Part shown: in pieces, positions 9,253 to 17,878 of the stretch
How the letters are laid out: each line of letters begins with the position of its first letter
Numbering within the stretch: position 1 is the stretch's first letter
Assembly: GCA_024231215.1 (NCBI GenBank)
Contig: JAAEQR010000003.1
Coordinates: forward strand, 22,660 to 86,659
DNA from: PVC group bacterium
GTDB taxonomy: Bacteria > Omnitrophota > Gorgyraeia > B26-G9
Reading direction: 5' to 3'
DNA length: 64,000 nucleotides
Position numbers and translations under genes: made by a program
Notes under the pieces: generated by a model
Seen by the model: the letters and a program-made list of their open reading frames with translations, nothing else
Told to the model about the DNA's origin: nothing
Database searches by the model: none

Positions 9253-10302
9253 ATGAAGAAAAAGGTTTTAGTAGCTATGAGCGGAGGAGTTGATTCTTCG
9301 GTAGCTGCTTTTTTATTAAAAGAGCAGGGATATGATATTGCCGGAGTAACCATGTGTCTTGGCATCTCTGATTCCGGCGATAGTTCCAGAGCCCAGTGCT
9401 GTGGAGTAGAAGCTATTGAGGATTCAAAGACTGTGTGTCGGAAGCTTGATATGCCTCATTATGTATTAAATTTTGCAAATGAATTAGAAGAATTTGTAAT
9501 TAAAAATTTTATTGATAATTACAAAAAAGGATATACTCCCAATCCATGTATTCGATGCAATCAATTTCTTAAATTTGAGAAGCTTTTTAACTATGCTAAA
9601 ACGCTGGGTTTTGATTATCTGGCCACAGGGCATTACGCAAAAATCATAAATTTAAATGAGCAGTATTATTTAAAACGTTCTAAAGACAAAAAGAAGGACC
9701 AGACGTATTTCCTATATTGCATAAAAAAAGATCAATTACAATCGATTCTTTTTCCGTTAGCCGATTATATGAAAGACCAAGTGCGCACCATTGCCAAAGA
9801 TGCTAACTTACCGGTTGCCGAAAAACCGGAAAGTCAGGATATTTGTTTTGTTAATGAAACAAATTATAAGGATTTCATTAAAAAACGTATTGGATTGCAG
9901 GAAGAAGGAGATATTGTCGATAAAAACGGGACGGTTTTAGGGAAACATAAGGGGATCATTAATTATACAAAAGGACAGCGTAAAGGCCTGGGAATAGCAA
10001 CCGGAAAACCATCGTATGTTATTGGAATTGATGCGGCGAAAAATCAGATTATTCTTGGAGACCGAGATGATCTCCTTCAAAAAAATCTTATTGCTTCAGA
10101 TATTAATCTTTTACTTGATGCTTTCCCGCAAAAAGGGAGCGCGCAGATAAGATATGCTCATCAGGAAGCGGATTGCAGTCTTGAATATAAGGATAATATA
10201 TTAAATGTTTCTTTTGATAACGCGCAAGACGCGGTAACTCCCGGGCAGGCAGTCGTGGTATATGATCATGAAACAGTTGTCGGTGGTGGTGTTATACAAT
10301 GA
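9253..10302 (+). CDS. mnmA: tRNA 2-thiouridine(34) synthase MnmA
   Basis: VAMSGGVDSSVAA PP-loop, NPCIRCN, ATGHYA and KDQTYFL motifs. Confidence 0.95.
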   Translation: MKKKVLVAMSGGVDSSVAAFLLKEQGYDIAGVTMCLGISDSGDSSRAQCCGVEAIEDSKTVCRKLDMPHYVLNFANELEEFVIKNFIDNYKKGYTPNPCIRCNQFLKFEKLFNYAKTLGFDYLATGHYAKIINLNEQYYLKRSKDKKKDQTYFLYCIKKDQLQSILFPLADYMKDQVRTIAKDANLPVAEKPESQDICFVNETNYKDFIKKRIGLQEEGDIVDKNGTVLGKHKGIINYTKGQRKGLGIATGKPSYVIGIDAAKNQIILGDRDDLLQKNLIASDINLLLDAFPQKGSAQIRYAHQEADCSLEYKDNILNVSFDNAQDAVTPGQAVVVYDHETVVGGGVIQ

Positions 10303-11069
10303 GTTCTGGAGATGATGTGATGAATTTTAATGAAGGACAATTGAAGCGGTATAGCCGGCATATTCTACTTCCGGAAATTGGAACTGAAGGACAGAGTAAA
10401 ATTAGCGCGGGCAAGGTCTTAGTAATTGGAACCGGGGGACTGGGCTCACCGGGATTGATTTATTTAGCGGCAGCTGGCGTGGGAACGATTGGGATTGCTG
10501 ATGCGGATAAAGTTGACCTTTCTAATCTGCAGCGTCAGGTTATTCATTTCACAGCTGATATAGGAAGATCAAAAGTTCTCTCGGCTAAAGAGAAGATAGA
10601 ACAGATTAATCCGGATGTTAATGTTATTGTTTATGAAGAGAGAGTAGTGGCTGATAATATCGCAGATATTATAAAAGACTATGATTTTGTTATTGATGCT
10701 ACTGATAATTTTTCAGGTAAGTTTTTAATCAATGATGCTTGTGTTATCGGGCAGAAACCGTTTTCTCATGCAGGGGTTTTGCGTTTTGAAGCTCAGACAA
10801 TGACTTATTTGCCGGGTAAAACCTGTTATCGATGTATTTTTAATAGTTCTCCGCCGGAAAATACTGTTCCTTCCGGAGCACAGGCCGGTATCTTTGGCAC
10901 AGTTCCAGGGGTAATCGGAACAATACAGGCAGCAGAGGCTTTAAAATTTCTTACTGGTGCCGGAGATCTGTTGACAGATCAGCTGTTGATTTTTAACGCA
11001 AAGACAATGGATTTTAGAAAAGTAAAATTTAATCAGAACAAAAACTGTCCGGTTTGTGGATATGATTGA
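10299..11069 (+). CDS. ThiF/MoeB/HesA-family adenylyltransferase (E1-like)
   Basis: RYSRHILLPEIG, the GxGGLG nucleotide loop (GTGGLGSP), and CYRC...CPVC zinc motifs. There is an ATGA start/stop overlap with mnmA. Confidence 0.85.
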   Translation: MSSGDDVMNFNEGQLKRYSRHILLPEIGTEGQSKISAGKVLVIGTGGLGSPGLIYLAAAGVGTIGIADADKVDLSNLQRQVIHFTADIGRSKVLSAKEKIEQINPDVNVIVYEERVVADNIADIIKDYDFVIDATDNFSGKFLINDACVIGQKPFSHAGVLRFEAQTMTYLPGKTCYRCIFNSSPPENTVPSGAQAGIFGTVPGVIGTIQAAEALKFLTGAGDLLTDQLLIFNAKTMDFRKVKFNQNKNCPVCGYD

Positions 11070-12930
11070 AATACGTGATATATCCAAATCATTTGGCGGT
11101 CAGGATCTTTTTGACGAGGGCTGTTTTGCTGTCGGGGCAAATGAAAAAATCGGCTTGGTTGGCCGTAACGGCCATGGCAAGACAACCTTGTTTAGTCTAA
11201 TCAACGGGACGTTAGAGCCTGATGCCGGAACCATAGTCATTCCTAAAAACTACCGCATTGGCTGTCTGGAACAAAATATTTGTTTTTCTCAAGATACGGT
11301 ACTTGCTGAAGCATGCCTGGAAATGCCGGCTAGCGAGAGTGAGGACTCCTGGAAAGCGGAAAAGGTTTTGCATGGGCTTGGTTTTTCTGTTTCAGATATG
11401 CAGAGATCTCCTTTGGATTTTTCCGGGGGATTTCAAGTACGCATTAATCTGGCAAAGATTCTGGTTTCTCAGGCAAACCTGTTGCTACTTGATGAACCGA
11501 ATAATTATTTAGATGTTGTAGCGATTCGCTGGCTGATTCGATTTTTGCGTGAGTGGAAAGGTGAATTAATGCTGATTACGCATGACCGTTGTTTTATGGA
11601 TGCGGTTGTTACGCATATAGTGGGAATTCATCGTAAAAAGATGCGTAAGATGTCCGGGACTACGAGCAGGTTTTATCAGCAGATTACGCAGGAAGAAGAT
11701 ATATATGAAAAAACCCGTAAACGTGACGAACGCAAACGTAAACATACAGAAATATTCATTAGTAAATTCCGCGCGAAGGCGCGACAGGCAGGGTTAGCGC
11801 AATCCCGATTGAAAAGTATTGCGAAATTAGAACAAAAAGATAAACTGGAAGAGATAAAGACATTTGATGTTTCATTTAATGCTGCATCATTTAGCGCGGC
11901 AACAATGATGGGTGTTAATAATATAAGCTTTTCTTATGGGGAGAAATATCCGCTATTATTTGAAAAGATCTTTTTTCAGGTTGGCCGGCGGGAACGCTTG
12001 TGTGTGATCGGGAAAAATGGTAAGGGGAAATCAACATTACTTAAGGTCCTTGCCGGAGAACTGAATTCGTTAAGCGGTACGATTAAATCACATCCTCGTT
12101 TGGAAACTGGATATTATGCGCAAAGTAATGCGGCAGAATTAAATTCAGAGCGTTCTGTACTTGCGGAAATCCTAAGTGCTGATCCGGCTGGGTTGCCGCA
12201 AAAAGCGCGTACTATTTGCGGATCACTTTTGTTTAGCCAGGATTTGGCTCTAAAACCTATCTCTGTGCTTTCTGGGGGAGAAAAAAGCCGGGTGTTGCTG
12301 GGGAAAGTTTTGATGCAGCCAAGCCATCTATTGCTTCTTGACGAACCGACAAATCATCTGGATATGGAATCAAGTGAAGCTTTATGCGAAGCGATTGATG
12401 AATTTGAAGGCTCGGTGATCATGGTTACACATAACGAATTATTTTTAGATCGGATTGCGGAGAAGTTACTTATATTTGAAGGAGATGGGGTTCGGTATTT
12501 TGACGGGACTTATCAGGATTTCTTGAGTCGAGTTGGTTGGCAGGATGAAGAAGGGGATTTGAAAGCATCTCCGGAATGCAAAACCCGGGAAAATCCTAAA
12601 ATGGATCGGCGTACGCACAGGCGGCTGGTTGCAGAATTGCGTCATGAGAAATCCAGAGTGCTAAAGCCGCTGGAAGAAAAAATAAAGAAACTGGAAACAA
12701 CGATAAATAATCAGGAAGCAGAATTGAAAAAGATCAATGAAGATCTTGTGACTGCTTCATATGAGTCTGACAGCCAGGCTATTGCTAAGCTTTCACGCAG
12801 GATTAAAGAACTGCCGTTGCAAATTGATGAGCATTATGTAATACTCGATCAGGTGTTTCAGGAATATGAATCACAGAGTGATAAATTCAGTCACAGACTG
12901 GCGGAGCTGAAAGCTCAGGAAAGTGAATGA
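11056..12930 (+). CDS. ABC-F family ATPase with a C-terminal coiled-coil extension (Uup/YheS-like)
   Basis: Two ABC cassettes (GRNGHGKTT, LLLDEPNNYLD; GKNGKGKST, LSGGEKSR, LLLDEPTNHLD). The K/E-rich tail is consistent with a coiled coil. Confidence 0.85.
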   Translation: MDMIEIRDISKSFGGQDLFDEGCFAVGANEKIGLVGRNGHGKTTLFSLINGTLEPDAGTIVIPKNYRIGCLEQNICFSQDTVLAEACLEMPASESEDSWKAEKVLHGLGFSVSDMQRSPLDFSGGFQVRINLAKILVSQANLLLLDEPNNYLDVVAIRWLIRFLREWKGELMLITHDRCFMDAVVTHIVGIHRKKMRKMSGTTSRFYQQITQEEDIYEKTRKRDERKRKHTEIFISKFRAKARQAGLAQSRLKSIAKLEQKDKLEEIKTFDVSFNAASFSAATMMGVNNISFSYGEKYPLLFEKIFFQVGRRERLCVIGKNGKGKSTLLKVLAGELNSLSGTIKSHPRLETGYYAQSNAAELNSERSVLAEILSADPAGLPQKARTICGSLLFSQDLALKPISVLSGGEKSRVLLGKVLMQPSHLLLLDEPTNHLDMESSEALCEAIDEFEGSVIMVTHNELFLDRIAEKLLIFEGDGVRYFDGTYQDFLSRVGWQDEEGDLKASPECKTRENPKMDRRTHRRLVAELRHEKSRVLKPLEEKIKKLETTINNQEAELKKINEDLVTASYESDSQAIAKLSRRIKELPLQIDEHYVILDQVFQEYESQSDKFSHRLAELKAQESE

Positions 12931-12950
12931 TGAAAGGGTGTTTAAATTAA

Positions 12951-14114
12951 ATGATTGATTACGATAAAAAGAAAAGTGTTTTGATTACTTGTGCGCGGGG
13001 AAATGTTCCTTATCTAACCCAGGAAATAGAACAATTAGGATATGCAGTTGAGTCTTCACATGAGACTGGGATAGAAATGTTTGCATCTTTACGCGATACG
13101 GAAAAACTTAATCTTTGTTTGCGTACGGCATTTAATGTTTTATATCTTTTAAAAAAATTCGCCTGTCGCAGTCCAAATGAACTTTATCGAGAGGTCAAAT
13201 CGATTGATTGGGAGAACATAATATCTCCAGAGGAGTATTTAAGCATTGTAACTTCTGCGAATACAAAAAATGTTAAAAATTCTGTTTTTGCCAGTCAGAA
13301 AACAAAAGACGCCGTTGTCGACCGGATTACGGAGAAATGTGGGAGCCGGCCGGATTCAGGTCCGGATCGGGATAATATCGTAATTAATCTTTATTGGAAA
13401 GATGACCGGTGTTGGATATATTTTAATACTTCCGGAAAAAAACTTGCAGATCGCAGCTATCGCAAACTTCCGCATAAAGCCCCTATGCAGGAGACTTTGG
13501 CGGCTGCAGTACTGAGCGCTTCCGGTTATGATGGGTCAATGTCTTTTATAAATCCGATGTGTGGCAGTGGTACTCTGGCGATTGAAGCGGCATTAATTGC
13601 TTCCCGCCGAGCTCCCGGGTTATTGCGTAGTAATTTTGGTATTATGCATCTGAAGAATTTTGATAAGGAAAGTTGGTATGCGACACGAAAAGAAGTGGCT
13701 CTTAACACTCGCAAACAATTGCCGAGCCGGATCATTGCCTCAGATATAGACAAAAAGGCGATCATTGCGGCAAAAAAGAACGCACAGACAGCTGGAGTGG
13801 ACCATTTGATTGAATTTCATGTCTGTGATTTTAGCGAGACTCCATTGCCGCACGAGAAGGGCATTATCATTATGAACCCGGAATACGGGATGAGGCTGGG
13901 CGAAGAAAAAAAACTTGGCGAGATTTATAAGCGTATCGGAGATTTTTTTAAACAGAAATGCCCTGGGTTTACCGGATATATTTTTACGGGGAATAAGGAG
14001 TTGTCAAAGCAGGTTGGTTTAAAAACTAGCCTGCGGCTGATATTCTTTAATGCTAAGATAGAATGCCGGCTTTTAGAGTATAAGATTTACGAAGGTAGTA
14101 AGGATGATAAATAG
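12951..14114 (+). CDS. THUMP-domain class I SAM-dependent RNA methyltransferase
   Basis: PMCGSGT SAM motif I, DID, NPEYG (the NPPY-type catalytic motif), and an N-terminal THUMP-like region. Confidence 0.8.
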   Translation: MIDYDKKKSVLITCARGNVPYLTQEIEQLGYAVESSHETGIEMFASLRDTEKLNLCLRTAFNVLYLLKKFACRSPNELYREVKSIDWENIISPEEYLSIVTSANTKNVKNSVFASQKTKDAVVDRITEKCGSRPDSGPDRDNIVINLYWKDDRCWIYFNTSGKKLADRSYRKLPHKAPMQETLAAAVLSASGYDGSMSFINPMCGSGTLAIEAALIASRRAPGLLRSNFGIMHLKNFDKESWYATRKEVALNTRKQLPSRIIASDIDKKAIIAAKKNAQTAGVDHLIEFHVCDFSETPLPHEKGIIIMNPEYGMRLGEEKKLGEIYKRIGDFFKQKCPGFTGYIFTGNKELSKQVGLKTSLRLIFFNAKIECRLLEYKIYEGSKDDK

Positions 14115-14123
14115 ATGTGATTG

Positions 14124-14486
14124 CTAATCACTGGTGACGATATCGATGGTGTTGGTTATTACTTTGCCGGCAGAATCTACTCCTTCTACCATTCCGTCGA
14201 TTACGCCTCTGGTTTCTCCTGCCGGCGCGCTCCAGACAGCGAACAATTTTTTTATCAGCCAGCCGTTTTTTTCCGGTTTTTCATTTCCGTAAACTTCGTA
14301 TCTATATATTTCTTTTATATTGTGCGGGCCTTTTATGAAAATGCCTTTTAGCGGTGCAAGGGGTATATTAATGAGGTTTTTTCCTATGTTTATGAGATGA
14401 TGCCGCGTTGAAAAAGCATATACCGGCTGTCCGGCTGTTGTGATTAATAAGATTAACATAATCCAGATACTAATTATTTTGCGCAT
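14124..14486 (-). CDS. Small exported hypothetical protein (120 aa)
   Basis: Signal peptide MRKIISIWIMLILLITTAGQPVYA. Its start overlaps the stop of the upstream phosphatase gene by 17 nt, suggesting an operon. Confidence 0.5.
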   Translation of the reverse strand: MRKIISIWIMLILLITTAGQPVYAFSTRHHLINIGKNLINIPLAPLKGIFIKGPHNIKEIYRYEVYGNEKPEKNGWLIKKLFAVWSAPAGETRGVIDGMVEGVDSAGKVITNTIDIVTSD

Positions 14487-15051
14487 TGATTAATTCCCTG
14501 GCTTTTTCAAAGTAAATAGTTTTATCTTTAAGTTGGTGAATGAAATTTTTCAGTTCAGGCGTTTCTCCGTAATAAGGCCAGAAACCGTATTTCTTTGCTT
14601 CTTGATAGCCCTGTTGTATGGTCATGCCGCAGGCAACCACACGGTACATTGCGATCATGACGCCGGTGCGGTCTTTACCTCCCGGGCAATATACGAAGAT
14701 TGGCTGATTGTTTTTAGTTAAAACTAATTCCAAGAACTTAAGTACTGTCCGGTCGTCCGGCCGCTGGTATAAAGTCATCGGAAGATGGTAAAATTTTATA
14801 CCTAAAGCCTTGGCTGTTTTTTGCTCTTGCAATGAATTTTCCTTATTATTTTTCAGGCTTATAACTGTTTTTATGCCAATTGTTTGTAATTTTTCCCAAC
14901 CCTGTTCATTGGGCACACTTCCTCGATAGAATTTTTCGTCAACCTGATGGAAGTTCGGAATATCGCCGCTTTGTTTAATAAAAGGCGCTAATTCAGCACA
15001 GCCCAAGAGCAAAAATAGGCTTATAATTAATAATGCGATATATTTTTTCAT
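14470..15051 (-). CDS. Lipoprotein, protein-tyrosine/dual-specificity phosphatase family
   Basis: Lipobox LLLGC. CX5R active-site loop VYCPGGKDRTG. I prefer the ATG at 15051, which has a GAGGGGA Shine-Dalgarno sequence, over 15078. Confidence 0.75.
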   Translation of the reverse strand: MKKYIALLIISLFLLLGCAELAPFIKQSGDIPNFHQVDEKFYRGSVPNEQGWEKLQTIGIKTVISLKNNKENSLQEQKTAKALGIKFYHLPMTLYQRPDDRTVLKFLELVLTKNNQPIFVYCPGGKDRTGVMIAMYRVVACGMTIQQGYQEAKKYGFWPYYGETPELKNFIHQLKDKTIYFEKARELINAQNN

Positions 15052-15175
15052 AATCCCCTCTAATATAAAGTATATCATATTTTTGGAAAAACAGCAGGGA
15101 TTGGTATAGTTTTGTTATAATATATCTGAGAACATAAAGCATTGTAGTATATGAAGTTGCAATAAAACATAAAAG

Positions 15176-15204
15176 TTGCAAATAAATAAAAACTAGTGTA
15201 TACT
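15176..15204 (+). promoter_or_regulatory. Sigma70-type promoter (TTGCAA-17 nt-TATACT) of the distal tagged-family gene
   Basis: TTGCAA at 15176-15181 and TG-TATACT at 15197-15204. The downstream TTTAAAGTCTTTTTA resembles the leaders of the 33-60 kb cluster promoters. Confidence 0.6.
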
Positions 15205-15251
15205 TTAAAGTCTTTTTAGAATAGAAGCCAATATCTAGTGGGAGGAAAATA

Positions 15252-16244
15252 ATGATTTTACAAAAAAACATAAGATTGATTAGTTATTGTACATTATTTT
15301 TGCTTTATTTAGTTTTTCTAAGTCCGGTTTATGCTTTTGAAAATAGTATTTCTAGAGGAAGTGCTGATAACATGCTAAGTCCACAGATACAGATCAGCCA
15401 TAAGGCGGTAAGATCTGAGATTATTGATATGGTTGCATTTGCTAAGAGTAATAATGTTTTCAATAAGTTTACTCCAATATTGTTTTGGCAAGTTAAGATT
15501 CTTAAAAAATTCGGAATGCAATCAGAGCAAAGCAGAACAGCCTCGTTGATAAGAAAGATAAATAAAGCATATGCAATTAAGGGTAACGTAGGAGGACGTA
15601 AAAGAAAGCACATGGATTTGACCTACTCTGATTTCAACTGGATATTTTCTCAAGCATTACTAAATGATCAGGTTACTAATGAGAAGCTGGAAGCAATTAT
15701 TAATTTGGGGCTTAATATTAAGCATAACTGGAATTGCCTGAGATATAATGTTCAGCTTTGTGATGCTTTTGATCCAGGGCCATCGACATTTGCTATAAGT
15801 GATACCAGAGAGCTTTTACTTGCTTGTGTCAAGTTTGCAAGCGATTTTTCTGATGAAGATTTTTTTGCTGTGATGAATTTTTTTGAGACGGTTGTGTCTG
15901 AGGGGTATGAGATGCATTATGCCCTAAGCATGGCCAAAGAGATTGATGCTCAGAAAGGATTGAATTCTGCTGGGTTTAGTGCTTATGCGGTTGAGGTATC
16001 TAAAGTTCTAAAGATAATGAAAGACGAGCAATATAACCGAGAGACAATAGAGGTTCGCTCAATAGTAAGCAGCCTGATTGAAGCTGTAAGTAAAGGGAGA
16101 ACATTGCGTATAGTAGAAAGTAAAAAAATACCAAAGAGAAGCTTTCTCAGCTCAGAAATTAATATGCTAGACACTTCTTCGTTTTATCGTCAGGGAATAT
16201 CTATTGAAAGTGTGGATACTAGTCTAGTAGAATATGCTATTTAA
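15252..16244 (+). CDS. Hypothetical exported protein, distal member of the leader / L-S-P box / ..YAI-COOH family
   Basis: Signal peptide ..LVFLSPVYA, then MLSPQIQIS. The C-terminus is SLVEYAI. GGGAGGA Shine-Dalgarno sequence. Confidence 0.8.
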   Translation: MILQKNIRLISYCTLFLLYLVFLSPVYAFENSISRGSADNMLSPQIQISHKAVRSEIIDMVAFAKSNNVFNKFTPILFWQVKILKKFGMQSEQSRTASLIRKINKAYAIKGNVGGRKRKHMDLTYSDFNWIFSQALLNDQVTNEKLEAIINLGLNIKHNWNCLRYNVQLCDAFDPGPSTFAISDTRELLLACVKFASDFSDEDFFAVMNFFETVVSEGYEMHYALSMAKEIDAQKGLNSAGFSAYAVEVSKVLKIMKDEQYNRETIEVRSIVSSLIEAVSKGRTLRIVESKKIPKRSFLSSEINMLDTSSFYRQGISIESVDTSLVEYAI

Positions 16245-16319
16245 GGTTAAATTCAGGAATTAATATATTGTAATTAAAGTGTTTGCAATAGGATACGATT
16301 TGGTGTAATATATTGATCG

Positions 16320-17795
16320 ATGAAAGCAATATCTTTTTGGAAGAAACTTTTATTTACTTTGTTCGGGTGTTTAATATTTCTGGCTATTCTCGAATTTGGA
16401 TTGAGGATTGGAGGCCAGATTTTTTTGTCTTTGCAGGAACATCGTAATGAAATTTCTTTAAAACAAAAGGATTCATGTCGGATCCTTTGTTTGGGGGAAT
16501 CTACTACAGCTTTAGGGGGAAATTATTCTTATCCACGTCAGCTGGAAAAAATTCTAAATCAAAGTAAAGATATAAATAAAAAATTTACAGTGATTAATAA
16601 GGGAATCCCGGCAATTAATACAGGATTGTTATTGTTGCAGCTTCAGGACAACTTAGATAAATATAAGCCGGATATTGTTATTACCATGATTGGAATAAAT
16701 GATAAATTGGGGGAAATAAGAAACAAAGAAGATAATTATTTTACTTCATTTAGAGTATATAAGTTGGCAAAATTTATTTATTCCAGCTTAAGCAATAAAG
16801 GACATAAGCCTAAGGATGTTCAGGATATAGCTGTTGCTTTGAGCGATGCACAGTTAGAATCTTTGCAGGTTATGGAAAAAGATTTGAAAAAGAAAATAGA
16901 ATCCAACCCGCAAGAGTATGAATTATATACTGATTTGGGAATATGCTATCTGGATCAAGGGAAATATTTTGAGAGTGAAAAGAGTTTAAAGCAGGCTGTG
17001 GCAATGAACCCGAAAAGTATGCGGGCATATTTTGAATTGGGAGTATGTTTACAAAAACAGGGAAAATATCAAGAGAGTGAAAAAGTTTTTGTTCGAGCAA
17101 TAGAAATTTCCGAGGATAATTGGATGCCGTATGTCCAGTTATCAGCTTGCTATAGAAGTCAAAGAAAATATGAACAGAGCCGGCAGATACTGGAAGAGGC
17201 TATTGAAAAACATCCAGAGGTACATTGGCTTTTTTCTGAGCTGGGTATGGTTTGCAAAGAACAGGGGAAAACTGAGCAAGCCAAGTTGTTTTTGCAGAAA
17301 GCAATAGAGTTAAATCAGAAAAAAGATCATGTTTGGCCATATATAGAATTGGGGCGATTGTATCGAAGTGAGGGCCGAAATGATGAAGCTAAAGAAATGA
17401 TCAAACAGGCAATTTTAATTGATCCGAAAAATAAGTGGGCTAAATTCGAAACAGATGGTTTTAATAGTAATCAGGTAAGATTGGAATCAAATAGTCCGGT
17501 TACAGCTTATAATTATCAAAAAATAGCAAAAATGATTGCAGATAGGGGGATCAGGCATTTGTGCGTGCAGTATCCCATGCGTAAAGTTAGTGATTTAGAA
17601 AGAATATTAAAATCTTATCGGAAAAACATTGTTTTTATCGATAATAAATTAGTATTAAAAGAAGCAGTTGAGAAAGACGGATATAAAGAGTATTTTACGG
17701 ATAGATTTGCCGGAGATTTTGGGCATTGTACCGCTAAAGGGAATCGGCTCTTGGCGGAAAATATTGCAAAATTCATTATTGACATAATGGATTAA
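16320..17795 (+). CDS. Membrane-anchored SGNH/GDSL-like hydrolase interrupted by a TPR-repeat insert
   Basis: Block I ILCLGESTT, block III MIGINDK and block V GDFGHCTAKGN. About 230 aa of TPR-like repeats (YTDLGICYLDQGKYFESEKSLKQAVAMNP..) lie between blocks III and V. Confidence 0.7.
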   Translation: MKAISFWKKLLFTLFGCLIFLAILEFGLRIGGQIFLSLQEHRNEISLKQKDSCRILCLGESTTALGGNYSYPRQLEKILNQSKDINKKFTVINKGIPAINTGLLLLQLQDNLDKYKPDIVITMIGINDKLGEIRNKEDNYFTSFRVYKLAKFIYSSLSNKGHKPKDVQDIAVALSDAQLESLQVMEKDLKKKIESNPQEYELYTDLGICYLDQGKYFESEKSLKQAVAMNPKSMRAYFELGVCLQKQGKYQESEKVFVRAIEISEDNWMPYVQLSACYRSQRKYEQSRQILEEAIEKHPEVHWLFSELGMVCKEQGKTEQAKLFLQKAIELNQKKDHVWPYIELGRLYRSEGRNDEAKEMIKQAILIDPKNKWAKFETDGFNSNQVRLESNSPVTAYNYQKIAKMIADRGIRHLCVQYPMRKVSDLERILKSYRKNIVFIDNKLVLKEAVEKDGYKEYFTDRFAGDFGHCTAKGNRLLAENIAKFIIDIMD

Positions 17796-17878
17796 TAAAT
17801 ATTGTTATCCAGGATGATGCTGTGGTAAAATATTATTTAATTGTTATATAATGTGGTAGAAAGGATGTAAGTTGTGTT

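Noticed and set aside
11258-11512. A + strand 84-aa ORF inside the second ABC-F gene, and 4846-5043 inside the kinase gene
   Set aside because: These are alternative-frame ORFs within genes that have unambiguous ABC and HATPase motifs. There is no independent start signal.
14121-14351. A + strand 76-aa ORF overlapping the minus-strand small exported protein
   Set aside because: The minus-strand ORF has a clean signal peptide and is coupled to the upstream phosphatase gene. The + strand ORF has no start context and sits directly after the terminated methyltransferase gene.
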